The translations under genes and the position numbers were made by a program. From assembly GCA_965248535.1 (NCBI GenBank), contig CBDFJR010000005.1, positions 576,001 to 640,000 on the forward strand: DNA of 64,000 nucleotides, in the 5' to 3' direction. The DNA comes from Phormidesmis sp. Lineage in GTDB: Bacteria > Cyanobacteriota > Cyanobacteriia > Leptolyngbyales > Leptolyngbyaceae. How positions within the stretch are numbered: position 1 is the stretch's first letter; every line of letters starts with the position of its first letter. Below the pieces are notes generated by a model that was not told where the DNA came from, made no database searches, and saw nothing but the letters and a program-made list of their open reading frames with translations. This document shows positions 28,902-39,057 of the stretch, one piece after another.

Positions 28902-30305
28902 ATGACCCATGCCCTGACTGACACCAAAAACCTCCTGGCTGACTTGGTTCGTCGTTATCGCTCTCAGGTTGATTATTTAGCCATTCGCTTAGAAGCGGCT
29001 GAAGGCACCGATATTTTGCTCAGGGGCACCAAAATCGAAACCCTGAGTGAAGGCATCTCGATAGGAGGACAGGTGAGAGCATGTCACAAAGGCGGTTGGG
29101 GGTTTGCTAGCTTTAATCAACTCTCTACGCTGTCTGAGCGCATTGAGGACGCGATCGCGGCGGCCCGTCTAGTGGGCACTGATGAAACGACTCTTGCCGC
29201 GATCGAGCCAATTCAAGACACCTGCATTCTTCCCCTCAAGGGCACTGACCCCCGACAGATCGCGATCGCGCAGAAAAAATCTCTCTGTGAAGATTATGGC
29301 GAACTCTTACGATCGGTCGATCCTCGCATCGCTACGGTCTCAGTGCGCTATGGCGACAGCGCCCAGAAAATGATTTTAGCCACCTCAGACGGCACGTTTA
29401 TTGAACAGTCTTGGGTTGATATTGAGATGCGCTTTGCGGCAACTGCCCGCAGTGGTGAAACGGTGCAGACGGGGCGAGAAACGATCGGCTCTCGCAATGC
29501 CTATGAAGACCTGATGGGGTTAGAGGGACAGGTTCGCAGCGCGGCGCAAAGGGCCGTTGACTCGCTGGCGCTGCCTCCGGTCAAGGGCAACGCCTACACG
29601 GTGGTGATTGACCCAATCCTGTCGGGGCTTTTTGTTCACGAGTCGTTTGGGCATCTCTCAGAAGCCGACATGGCCTATGAGAATCCCGATTTGCTTGAAG
29701 TGATGAGCCTAGGGCGGCGGTTTGGTTCGCCAGACTTGCAGATTTTTGATGGAGCGGCTCTGGAAGGGCATCGCGGCAGCTATTCCTATGATGATGAGGG
29801 CGTTCCGGCAACCACGACCCAACTGATCAAAGACGGGGTTTTGGTGGGTCGTCTGCATTCGCGGGAGACGGCGGGCAAGTTAGAAGAATCTCCCACGGGA
29901 AATGCCCGATGCTTGAACTATCACTTTCCCCCGATCGTGCGCATGACCAATACCTGGATCGAGCGGGGCAAGACCCCCGTCAAAGACTTATTTAGCGGCA
30001 TCAAAGAAGGGGTCTATGCCCGCAATTGGCTAGGCGGCATGACCAATGGAGAGATGTTTACCTTCACGGCGGGCGAAGCGTGGATGATTCGCAATGGTGA
30101 GATCGCCGAACCCGTGCGCGATGTCACCCTCTCTGGCAACGCCTTTAAAACCCTGGCAGACATTGAAGGCATTGGCGATGACTTCTATTGGGATGAGTCA
30201 GGCGGCTGTGGCAAAGGTGGGCAGAGTGGCCTAGCTGTGGGCTGTGGCGGCCCAAGTTTGCGAATTCGCGATGTGGTAGTGGGAGGAGAAGCGATCGAAG
30301 ACTAG
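28902..30305 (+). CDS. tldD: TldD/PmbA family metalloprotease
   Basis: HESFGHLSEAD, YDDEG, TGNAR, RMTNT, CGKGGQ. Confidence 0.9.
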   Translation: MTHALTDTKNLLADLVRRYRSQVDYLAIRLEAAEGTDILLRGTKIETLSEGISIGGQVRACHKGGWGFASFNQLSTLSERIEDAIAAARLVGTDETTLAAIEPIQDTCILPLKGTDPRQIAIAQKKSLCEDYGELLRSVDPRIATVSVRYGDSAQKMILATSDGTFIEQSWVDIEMRFAATARSGETVQTGRETIGSRNAYEDLMGLEGQVRSAAQRAVDSLALPPVKGNAYTVVIDPILSGLFVHESFGHLSEADMAYENPDLLEVMSLGRRFGSPDLQIFDGAALEGHRGSYSYDDEGVPATTTQLIKDGVLVGRLHSRETAGKLEESPTGNARCLNYHFPPIVRMTNTWIERGKTPVKDLFSGIKEGVYARNWLGGMTNGEMFTFTAGEAWMIRNGEIAEPVRDVTLSGNAFKTLADIEGIGDDFYWDESGGCGKGGQSGLAVGCGGPSLRIRDVVVGGEAIED

Positions 30306-30326
30306 CAGCGAAATAAGGATAAACCG

Positions 30327-30896
30327 TCACTCTTTCTCTTTGTCGGGCGAATGTCTGCCGCGTCGTTTGCGGGCTTCCATGGCGCGTTCTAAGACGGTCA
30401 ACAGTCCGGGCGCTTCTTCTTGCAGGGCCAGCAGCAGCCGTTCGCCTTCTTCGAGGTCGCCGGGGTCTTCTCCGGTCTCCATCACCGCTTGCAGTCGGGG
30501 CAGGGCTAACTCATCAACTAGCTGAACAAGGCTGTGAAGGCATCGATAAAACTGGCGCTCGGTCAAGATGGCATCCTCTAGCGGAAACTCAATAATGGCG
30601 CGAATTTCGCCATCTGAGGGGTCATATTCCCACTGAAGCATTTTGGTTTCCCATGAAATGCAGAGCATGGTTTGCAAAATTGCAGTCTTGTGGGGATGAT
30701 CTTTGACTCCGGCTAAAACGCGAGGCGCAAAAATCTCAAAAAATTCTCCGTCTTCATCTAGCTGAATGACGATGAGAAAGTCTTCAATGTTTTCACCATA
30801 TACGCCTGTCAGAATGCGGCACTCTGCGGGGTCGAGGCGATATTTCCAGTCTTTGTTGTCTAGAAAGCCCGCGATTTGTTTTAGCGTTGCGCCCAT
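30327..30896 (-). CDS. YbjN-like conserved hypothetical protein
   Basis: IVIQLDEDGEFF...WEYDPSDGEIRAIIEFPLED pattern. Confidence 0.6.
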   Translation of the reverse strand: MGATLKQIAGFLDNKDWKYRLDPAECRILTGVYGENIEDFLIVIQLDEDGEFFEIFAPRVLAGVKDHPHKTAILQTMLCISWETKMLQWEYDPSDGEIRAIIEFPLEDAILTERQFYRCLHSLVQLVDELALPRLQAVMETGEDPGDLEEGERLLLALQEEAPGLLTVLERAMEARKRRGRHSPDKEKE

Positions 30897-30946
30897 AGCC
30901 GTTTCTCAAGTGGGGTTAGAAGAGCTTGCAGTTTGAAGGAATGAGT

Positions 30947-31000
30947 TCAGAATTTGAGCCATAGTCAGAATTTGAGCCATAGTCCGAATTCGAGTCATAG
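30947..31000. repeat. 18-bp tandem repeat x3
   Basis: TCAGAATTTGAGCCATAG x2 followed by TCCGAATTCGAGTCATAG. Confidence 0.85.
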
Positions 31001-31012
31001 CCAGTCTAGCCG

Positions 31013-31657
31013 TCAGCCGGAGGATTTATCCAACTCTGGCGAGAATGAATGACAGATTGCCCGATCGACCTGCTGGATCAGATGGTCTAATGTCGAAGCG
31101 TTGTCTAATACAACATCGGCCCGATCGCGCTTTTCAGCAATCGCCATTTGGCTGTTAATGCGGGCGTTTACTTGCTCTGGAGTCAACGATTCACGCTGCA
31201 TCAACCGCTGAATCTGTTGGGCTAGCGGGCACGAGACCACCCAGATTTCTGTCACCAGGTCGGTCATTTGGGCTTCAAATAATAGCGGAATTACGAGGAC
31301 GATCGGCTGATTTGCGGATTGCTGAATGAAGCGATCGCGATCTTGACTCAGCGCTTGTCGCACGTAGGGGTGAATTTGCTGATCGAGCCAAAGGCGTTCA
31401 GCGGGCTGAGTGAAGATGATCTCTCCAAGCTGGCGGCGATCGAGGCTGCCATCGGGCAAGAGAATGTCGGCATGGTAGCGATCGCTAATCGCTTTGAGGA
31501 TTGTTGTCCCTGGCTGTACGGCGGCTCTGGCGTAAAGATCAGCGTCTAAAACGGGCAATTGATAAGTTTTAGAGAGATGGTCAGAGACGGTTGTTTTGCC
31601 CATACCGATGCCTCCCGTTAAGCCAATGATTCGCAGAGACGGGGCTGGCTCGCTCAT
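31013..31657 (-). CDS. coaE: Dephospho-CoA kinase
   Basis: IGLTGGIGMGKTTV, LDAD, LDRRQLGEIIF, IHP, IPLLFE; AGGAG RBS before ATG 31657. Confidence 0.93.
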   Translation of the reverse strand: MSEPAPSLRIIGLTGGIGMGKTTVSDHLSKTYQLPVLDADLYARAAVQPGTTILKAISDRYHADILLPDGSLDRRQLGEIIFTQPAERLWLDQQIHPYVRQALSQDRDRFIQQSANQPIVLVIPLLFEAQMTDLVTEIWVVSCPLAQQIQRLMQRESLTPEQVNARINSQMAIAEKRDRADVVLDNASTLDHLIQQVDRAICHSFSPELDKSSG

Positions 31658-31732
31658 AACACTGCTCCTTAGTGGTCTTTCGGTAAAGTCTTTTCCAGTG
31701 TAAAGTGCAGTCTCCAACGTCGGTCGATCGCT

Positions 31733-33394
31733 ATGAGAGTCTTTTCCCACGCTCTGATTTTGATTGGAGTGGTTTTTTTGGGGGCACTGTTGAGGTTTTG
31801 GAATCTAGACGCTAAAGATTTGTGGATGGATGAAGTGATTACGGCGCTTTTTAGCCTGGGGCGCAGCTATCTTGATGTCCCTTTAGAGTCCGCTTTTTCT
31901 CGATCGGCGCTAGATCAGCTTTTTACGCTCCAGCCGACGACCTGCGCGGCGATCGCTCACGCGGTCTCGATTCAATCCGTTCATCCGCCCCTGTTTTTCT
32001 GCTGGCTGCACGAGTGGCTGAGTTGGCTGCAACCTGTTAACCAATCGTGGGTTTGGAAGCTGCGATCGCTGCCTGCCCTAGCCGGAGTCGGCTCGATCTT
32101 TGCGATCTATTCGCTAAATCGGACTGCCTTCTCAAAACCTGCGGGGTTGGTGGGCGCGATCGTCATGGCGGTGTCTCCCTTCGCGGTCTATCTCTCTCAA
32201 GAAGCGCGTCACTACACGGTGCCTATGCTGCTGCTCAGTCTGGCGCTGTTAGGCATGATTCGCCTTCAGCAAGACTTGCGAGAGCAACGCCTGCAACCCA
32301 GTGTGTGGCTGGGCTGGGTCGCGGTCAACGGCGTGGGTTTCTACGTCCACTATTTTTTTATTTTGGCCACGATCGCTCAACTGCTCACTCTAGCTGTCTT
32401 GGTTTTCAACCTTCACCGCTCAACTTTCAAAGCACCTGTGGACTTTTATCGTCATAGTTGGCTGGCGCTGCTCATGGCCGCGGGTGGCATTGGGTTGATT
32501 TATCTGCCTTGGCTGCCGACCTTTTTGGGTCATTTGAGCCGCCCCGAAACGGATTGGTTAACCCCCACTCAAGCTGGTTGGTTAACGGTGATTGCGCCGC
32601 TCTATCAGCTATTGGCGGGCTGGGTGCTGATGACGATCGCGCTTCCGGTTGAAAATCAGCCTCTCTGGGTCGTGATTCCGGCGGCGGTGCTAATGCTGCT
32701 GTTTAGCGGTTGGCTGACTTGGCAAGTGCTTAAAGGACTGAAAAAACTTTGGCAAACTCCAGAAACCCACTGGGAAACTCTGACGCTAGCTAGCTTTATT
32801 GGCTGGGTGTTGGTCGAGTTTTTGGCGATCGTCTACCTGCTTCACAAAGATCTGACGCAAGTGCCTCGCTATAACTTCATCTACTATCCTGCGGTGTGTG
32901 CCCTGATAGGAGCCAGCCTCTGGAAAGGACGATCCGACCAGGATTTTCGACTCAAACCCTTACTTCCTCTGGTTTTAGCAGGGTTGATTAGCTGCGGATT
33001 TGTGGTCTCCGATCGCGTCTTTCTCAAACCTTATCAGCCTCAGCAAGTTGCCAAAACGATCCAGTCAAACGCCTCAGAATCGACGATCGTGGTGATGGCT
33101 CATCAAGATTGGCAAGACATTGCCTTGGGCTTGAGCTTTGCCCTAGACCTGTTGAAAGCTGATTCTAAAACCAAATTTGCGTTTTTGCAGCGATCGCAGG
33201 GTTATGACTCCGTGTGGCAGTCTCTGAAAAGCCCCAAAATCAACGACTCTTCGCCCCAAAATCTGTGGATCATCGCCCCCGGCTTGAGGGGAAAAGACTT
33301 TCCCCCGCAGCTTGCTTTGAGTCGATCGGTCTGCGCTCGCGACCCCAGCCGCTATTATCGAGTCGGCGTGCCCTATCAGGGCTATCGCTGTTGA
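31733..33394 (+). CDS. Membrane glycosyltransferase, GT-C/family 39 (PMT-like)
   Basis: LRFWNLDAKDLWMDE, HPPLFF, SQEARHY; many TM helices. Confidence 0.8.
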   Translation: MRVFSHALILIGVVFLGALLRFWNLDAKDLWMDEVITALFSLGRSYLDVPLESAFSRSALDQLFTLQPTTCAAIAHAVSIQSVHPPLFFCWLHEWLSWLQPVNQSWVWKLRSLPALAGVGSIFAIYSLNRTAFSKPAGLVGAIVMAVSPFAVYLSQEARHYTVPMLLLSLALLGMIRLQQDLREQRLQPSVWLGWVAVNGVGFYVHYFFILATIAQLLTLAVLVFNLHRSTFKAPVDFYRHSWLALLMAAGGIGLIYLPWLPTFLGHLSRPETDWLTPTQAGWLTVIAPLYQLLAGWVLMTIALPVENQPLWVVIPAAVLMLLFSGWLTWQVLKGLKKLWQTPETHWETLTLASFIGWVLVEFLAIVYLLHKDLTQVPRYNFIYYPAVCALIGASLWKGRSDQDFRLKPLLPLVLAGLISCGFVVSDRVFLKPYQPQQVAKTIQSNASESTIVVMAHQDWQDIALGLSFALDLLKADSKTKFAFLQRSQGYDSVWQSLKSPKINDSSPQNLWIIAPGLRGKDFPPQLALSRSVCARDPSRYYRVGVPYQGYRC

Positions 33395-33403
33395 CCGATC
33401 GGG

Positions 33404-34497
33404 CTATTCGTCAATCTGCCAAAGCTCTTTGGTATAGTCTTCATCTAGCACCTTTTTGGGACGCATGATCAACACCACTTGACCCTAACAGCGGCACCTC
33501 TGGAGGGTCTGCAAACCAGCGTAGCTGCAACTGCTCGGCTTCGGCGACCACAAAATAGTTCTGATCATTCCACTGGCGCTGGGCCCGATCGACCACGATT
33601 ACGACTTCCCCGATCGCGCCGGGCAACGGAGTCGGGAGGCGATCGCTGTCGCCCAAAAGCACGATCGGGTCTTCTGCTCTGCGAATCACTTGCCAGCCAG
33701 GAATCGGCACCCAGGCTCCGGTTCCAGAAAACTGCACGAGTTGAAACGCCCCAGTCTCTTCAACCAGGGGGACAGCCTGTAAATCGGCCTTCGTTAAGGG
33801 CAACTTGCCGACCACAGGCAAAATTCGAGGCAGATCTTCATCGGTCTCTAGCCGATAAACAGGCAAACCCGGAGCCGGACGCACGGGGGTGACGGTGAAA
33901 TCGGTCAATAGTTGCTCGATTTTTTTGCGGGCTGTCGCACTGTGAGCAAACCTTCAACCCCTTGGCAATGAGAATCGATCGGGCCTGCAAATCACTTTTT
34001 TCTCTGGCACTTTTCCAGACTTGCAGCGCCACCGCATCTCCCGGATGAGTGGTGAATTCCTCAGGTGGTTTAAACCGAGAGACATCTTTGACCGCACGGG
34101 CCACTTCTCGCGCTTCATCAATGTCTAGCTCTTTTTCGACCACAAAGCTGGCGGCGGCGGCTCGCTCAGTTTGGGTGAGAATGCGTAGCTCATAGAGCGA
34201 ATCACTGCCCTTTTGCCAAAAGTGACCCTGCACCGCCTCTGACACGCCCGTGCTGACGATCGAGCTATAGACTTGGGCCGCGACAATGATCTGATTTTGT
34301 TGAATCGGCTCAAACCCGGTGGCTTCAAAAATCGCTTGGGGGCTGTAGCCTGATTTTTGCAAGGTCTGGCACGCTTGACCCCACTCGACCCAACTGCCTT
34401 CTTTGCGGCGCAGCGACTTTAATAGGGCTTCTGCCTCTACCTGACTTTGAGCCGTCTCATGCTCAGAGTTAGGCAACTCTTGGGGTGTCTCAGTCAT
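33404..34497 (-). CDS. raf1: RuBisCO accumulation factor 1 (two apparent frameshifts at about 33951 and 33484)
   Basis: LRRKEGSWVEWG, EATGFEPIQQNQIIVAAQVY, HPGDAVA; removing one G at each site gives LKFAHS... and the C-terminus VLIMRPKKVLDE...WQIDE*. Confidence 0.9.
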
Positions 34498-34597
34498 AGC
34501 CTCTCTCAAATTCTGCGGGCAATCTGCTTATTAGCTTACCAAAGTTAGGTGGCTTGACTAGATGATTGGGTTTGCGCCATGATAATATACTCAACGA

Positions 34598-34670
34598 GGG
34601 GTTATAGCTCAGTTGGTAGAGCGCTGCAATGGCATTGCAGAGGTCAGCGGTTCGAACCCGCTTAGCTCCA
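34598..34670 (+). tRNA. tRNA-Ala (anticodon GGC)
   Basis: GGGGTTATAGCTCAGTTGGTAGAGCG-CTGCAA-TGGCA-TTGCAG...GGTTCGAACC...TAGCTCCA; 73-nt cloverleaf with G3-U70. Confidence 0.97.
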
Positions 34671-34681
34671 TTCTTTTATGT

Positions 34682-36619
34682 TTAACGATCGGCATCATCT
34701 TGTGGGGTGACTCTCGCGATCGTGTCTTCTAAAAAGCGAATCACTGCATCGCTGAGAGGCGCAGGAACATATTTTGCAAACCACTGCCGCACATAGGCCA
34801 TCGTCGTCAGATTTAGCTCTTGAGTCGTAAAGATTTCTTTGACTTCTTCTAGTCGCTCTAGGGCACGCTCTTTGATGTCAGAAGGCGCGTTGTCTTCAAC
34901 GAGTTCCCACACGTCGCTAAACTGGGTTTGCAGAGTTTTCAAATCGCTTTCTAAAACGACTTCGGGCACGTCTTCTAACAGGACGCTGGGCAAAGACCCT
35001 CTAGGCTGACTGGGGGGAAACGCTGGCTTAAAATAGCTGCTATATTGCGCTTCTTTGTAAATTTTTTCTAACAGTTCATCAATCTCTGGGTTGTGAGGAG
35101 CAATGTCTAAGGCCCGCTCTAGGGCGGCTTTTGATTCTTCTAAATGCCCTTCTTCTCGAAGTTCTTCACCATAGTCCCACAGGGCTTGAAGAAACCCGTC
35201 TTTGGCCCGCACGGGGTCAACTCGGTAGGCACGATCGTAATATTTCACCGCCTGACTAAAGTTGCGAATTTCCATAAAGCATTCTGCGAGATCAAACAAC
35301 GCCCCAAAGTGATTGGGGTTAGCTCCCAAAATCGGACTGAGCCGACTGATAATGCTGAGAGTCACGCCAAAGGGCCGCGCTTTTTTAATCGCTTGATAGT
35401 CCTGCTCGATTTCAGGATCAAGCCGCTCTAGCTCCCAAATCTCGTGCTGTAAGGGGTGGCGTTTGACCAACCAGCGCCTGACTAGCTCGATCGTCACGCG
35501 AAATGTGGCAACTCTGGGGGGAATCGTGGTTCCGGTGGGCCGGAATTTTGCCCCAACAGGCTGCAAAAAATTCCAGTCAGCGAGATGAAACTGGGCATCG
35601 TGCAGGGATGGCGTGAGAATGACCCCACGATCGCGCAGCAAGGCTAGGGGTTCTTCTTGGCTAAAGTTAAGCAGCGAGGCATCGTGAGGCTGATCAAAAA
35701 TCAGTTTTGTCTCAGGCACTTCGGCGGCGGCTGAAAAAACGACCCGCTCTGGAATCGGCAACCCATCCCAAAACCAGGCTAGCCCGCCTTCGCCCAGTTC
35801 TAGGGCTTTTTCGATAATGCTGTCAACATCAGCGCGAGTCACCTGCCAGCGATTTTCTTCTCTGGCGTGAGAAAACACGGCAAAACAAACCACCTGCGTA
35901 AAGTAGGGGTGCCCGGCTGAGAGATCTAAAATCGCGTCGATCGCCCCCTGGCTATACTCCAGCAGTCCTGCCGCAGGTTTGGTGATCAGCCGCTCAGCAC
36001 TGCGGCGATCGAGCAGCCCAACTTCTTGATTGGGGGCTTCACGAAAAAGGCTGACCAATTCAGGCAGATCGTTGAGTTGTCGCCCGACCACCGGAATGAT
36101 GTAGAGATCAGAATGGTGATAAACCTCTGACTGAAGATATTGAAACAGGTGTCCCGCTGCAACCTTGAGACTATAAAATGCGTCAAACTCGTCTAGCAAC
36201 AGCACGAGATTTTGCACCTTGAGGGCTTGGCGCAGGTCTAGAAGGAAGCGATCGACAAAAATCTTGGGGTCGGCCTTTAGCTCTGCCATTGAAGGGAGGA
36301 CGATCGTGCCCATCAAGCCAAAGTGCTCTAGCGAATCTCTCGCCAGTTCGTGCAAAACTTCGTCTAGGGGTTTTTGGCTGTCGCCCTCTAAAGAGAGCGG
36401 AACAAAGGCGAACTGTTCAAGGTCAACGAAATTGGGAATCTGAGCCAGCACCGATGACTTGCCAATGCGGCGCTGACCGTGCAGCAAAATCACTTGAGAA
36501 CCCTTGTAGAGGTTGTCTGCCACAAACTGAAACAGACTTTCGCGTCCAAAAAACAGGCTCGGCTCTGTGATCGGGCGACCGATGATGTAAGGATTTCTCC
36601 GAGCGATCGGGAAACTCAT
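34682..36619 (-). CDS. STAND-like P-loop ATPase with TPRs and a C-terminal helical extension
   Basis: NPYIIGRPI...FFGRE, Walker A GQRRIGKS, Walker B LLLDEFD, GHP motif, TPR-like helices. Confidence 0.8.
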   Translation of the reverse strand: MSFPIARRNPYIIGRPITEPSLFFGRESLFQFVADNLYKGSQVILLHGQRRIGKSSVLAQIPNFVDLEQFAFVPLSLEGDSQKPLDEVLHELARDSLEHFGLMGTIVLPSMAELKADPKIFVDRFLLDLRQALKVQNLVLLLDEFDAFYSLKVAAGHLFQYLQSEVYHHSDLYIIPVVGRQLNDLPELVSLFREAPNQEVGLLDRRSAERLITKPAAGLLEYSQGAIDAILDLSAGHPYFTQVVCFAVFSHAREENRWQVTRADVDSIIEKALELGEGGLAWFWDGLPIPERVVFSAAAEVPETKLIFDQPHDASLLNFSQEEPLALLRDRGVILTPSLHDAQFHLADWNFLQPVGAKFRPTGTTIPPRVATFRVTIELVRRWLVKRHPLQHEIWELERLDPEIEQDYQAIKKARPFGVTLSIISRLSPILGANPNHFGALFDLAECFMEIRNFSQAVKYYDRAYRVDPVRAKDGFLQALWDYGEELREEGHLEESKAALERALDIAPHNPEIDELLEKIYKEAQYSSYFKPAFPPSQPRGSLPSVLLEDVPEVVLESDLKTLQTQFSDVWELVEDNAPSDIKERALERLEEVKEIFTTQELNLTTMAYVRQWFAKYVPAPLSDAVIRFLEDTIARVTPQDDADR

Positions 36620-36645
36620 AGATATATTTTAGATATTTGGCTAGA

Positions 36646-37947
36646 TTAACCCTGGATCAATCCTTTCGGCAATGCTGCTGACACTTTCCCTAACCATTCC
36701 AGAATAGAGGGCACCTCTTCTTTATGCTGCCACAACCAGCGAATGGCTTTTGTAACGTTCTCGGCCTGTTTGTGACTCATGAGGTTGAGAAATTCTTTTT
36801 GGCGATCGTGCAAACTCTCTTCATTGCTGTTTTCGATCTCTTTGATCACCCACCACTCCATCATCGAAGAGGCAAACCTATAGGATTTTTGACTATCGTG
36901 CCGTCGCGATATCACCACGCCCCGCTCTTCTAAATCTGTCAATTCTCGCTCTTTTTGGCTAAAAACGAGATCGATATCTCCTAGATCATAGTGTTTTTTG
37001 AGCAGGCGACCCTTTAGCCCGCAGAGGGCAATCAGCATCATTAGGGTTTGCTCAACCTGATTGCCTAGGTTCCACATATCTTCAAAATAGTGCACCGTGG
37101 CGCGCTGAAAATCTTGGGCAAACGCTTCTGCGTTGGGGATGTGCCCCGTCCGCAATTCCCGATAGAGTAGATGTCCGGCGTTTTGCAGCAGCGCTGGGTT
37201 GCCGTCTGCGATCTCTCGAATGCCATCCCTGAGAGCCGGAGTCATGAGCATACAGCCCAACAGAGCCGCCACTTCTGTCTCTTCAAAGGGCTTGAGAGGT
37301 TGAAACAGATAGTGGTTATACCAGGGGGAGCCGTCGGGCTTGAGTTTGGGGCCAAGTTCATTTAACCGTCGCAGCGAGGTGACGACCATCGAGAGAAACT
37401 GCCGCTCTCTAGCGTGAGAAGCAATGTTTCGGCAGTCGCTTAAAAAAACGGCTATGTCGCTGTCGCTATAGCCATCTTGGGGTCGCAGAGCAGCGTCATA
37501 ATCATCGACTAGCAGCACCAGAAATTTGTCTTGCTTGCCAATTTGTCGCAGCAGCGATCGTAGCCCATCTTTAGTCGTGTTGCCCTGATCTAAAAATTTA
37601 CGGACTTCTGCCTGCAACGCTGGCTCTTTTTCTAAAGCCTCGTGAATCAGCACCATGATCTCGCGCCAAAAATTGACGGCACTAAAGGGGGCAATGCTCA
37701 AACAACTCAGCAAGACGATGATGGCGCTAGAGGGGTCGTGTCCTCTCAGTTGCCAGGCTTTGGGCGAGGCGAGGAGTTCTAAAAACGACGATTTGCCGAT
37801 GCCTGGGCCGCCCCAAAGGGCGAGATTGCTGCGGCTGAGAATCTGATCAAAGGCGGTCTCGATCGCTGAGGTGCGCCCCGCGAAGCGATCGGACGGAATA
37901 GTTCTGCCGACGATAAATGGATTTTGAGTGATCGGGCTTTCGGTCAT
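36646..37947 (-). CDS. STAND-like P-loop ATPase
   Basis: NPFIVGRTI...FAGR, Walker A GGPGIGKS, Walker B LLVDDYD, GNP motif. Confidence 0.8.
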   Translation of the reverse strand: MTESPITQNPFIVGRTIPSDRFAGRTSAIETAFDQILSRSNLALWGGPGIGKSSFLELLASPKAWQLRGHDPSSAIIVLLSCLSIAPFSAVNFWREIMVLIHEALEKEPALQAEVRKFLDQGNTTKDGLRSLLRQIGKQDKFLVLLVDDYDAALRPQDGYSDSDIAVFLSDCRNIASHARERQFLSMVVTSLRRLNELGPKLKPDGSPWYNHYLFQPLKPFEETEVAALLGCMLMTPALRDGIREIADGNPALLQNAGHLLYRELRTGHIPNAEAFAQDFQRATVHYFEDMWNLGNQVEQTLMMLIALCGLKGRLLKKHYDLGDIDLVFSQKERELTDLEERGVVISRRHDSQKSYRFASSMMEWWVIKEIENSNEESLHDRQKEFLNLMSHKQAENVTKAIRWLWQHKEEVPSILEWLGKVSAALPKGLIQG

Positions 37948-38022
37948 CGGCGGATCTTCTCGGTGACAGGGGCAGGGGGTGATATGGAACGATCGTAGCC
38001 CAAACCCACCCAGATCAGTGAC

Positions 38023-38952
38023 TCATACCGTGACTGGAGTCGCTTTGCCCACGGGAGCGATGCCTGCCAGATCGAGAATCTGGGGAATCAGATCTTCGCG
38101 CTTCACCGCCATCATGTGCACGCCCTGACAGAGTTGGCGGGCGAGTTGCACCTGCTCTGCTGCAATCATTAGACCTTCTTGGAGAGGATCAGAGGCGCGC
38201 TCTAAGCGATCGATGATAGAGTCTGGAATCTGAACACCCGGCACACAGCGATTAATAAATCGGGCATTTTTGGCAGACTTGAGTAGAAAAATCCCTGCTA
38301 AAACGGGTTTTCCGGCGGGCGAACCGAGGTGATCCATAAATTTTTCTAAGCGATCGAAGTCTGAAATTAGCTGGCTCTGAAAAAACTGGGCACCCGCTTC
38401 TACTTTGCGCTCAAATCGCCGCTGCAACCCTGACCAACTCCCACACTGGGGATCAACGGCCGCGCCAGCAAACAAGGTAGTTTCGCCATCCGATAGAGAT
38501 TGATCGTTCCAGTCAGCGCCTAAATTGAGTTTGGCGATCAAATGCAGCAAGCGCACAGACTCTAGCTCAAATACGGCTTTTGCATCTACATGATCACCTG
38601 CCTTCACCGGGTCGCCCGTCAACGCCAAGATGTTATAAATTCCTAGCGCGTGGGCCCCAAGCAGGTCAGCTTGGAGACCGATGCTGTTGCGATCGCGGCA
38701 CGCCACCTGACAGATCGGCTCAATGCCCTGTTGCAGCAGCAGCGCCGACGACACCAAGGCACACATTCGCATCACGGCCCGACTGCCATCGGTGACATTG
38801 ACCGCATGAACTCGCCCTCTGAGAAGCTGCGCCATCTCTAGCATATGAGCGGGGTTGCCCCCTTTGGGAGGAGCGACTTCAGCCGTGATTAAAAATTCGC
38901 CAGACTGAGCAGCCGAGCGGAACGAGGGGAGCGGGCGTGAGGGGTGCGACAT
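38023..38952 (-). CDS. metF: Methylenetetrahydrofolate reductase
   Basis: TAEVAPPKG, NVTDGSRA, CRDRN, LALTGDP, KVEAGAQFFQSQ. Confidence 0.9.
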   Translation of the reverse strand: MSHPSRPLPSFRSAAQSGEFLITAEVAPPKGGNPAHMLEMAQLLRGRVHAVNVTDGSRAVMRMCALVSSALLLQQGIEPICQVACRDRNSIGLQADLLGAHALGIYNILALTGDPVKAGDHVDAKAVFELESVRLLHLIAKLNLGADWNDQSLSDGETTLFAGAAVDPQCGSWSGLQRRFERKVEAGAQFFQSQLISDFDRLEKFMDHLGSPAGKPVLAGIFLLKSAKNARFINRCVPGVQIPDSIIDRLERASDPLQEGLMIAAEQVQLARQLCQGVHMMAVKREDLIPQILDLAGIAPVGKATPVTV

Positions 38953-39057
38953 GGGCGATCGGGTAAGGCGTTTGCTAGGAATTATTGGGGATCAAGTCTA
39001 GGTTGAAGGCTGATCCCTGTCATCTTTACAGGAACTTAGAGGTGTGGACGGATCACC

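Noticed and set aside
34598..38022. tRNA-Ala as the attachment site of an integrated island carrying the ATPase pair
   Set aside because: No duplicated tRNA 3' end and no integrase was found; core gene metF follows directly.
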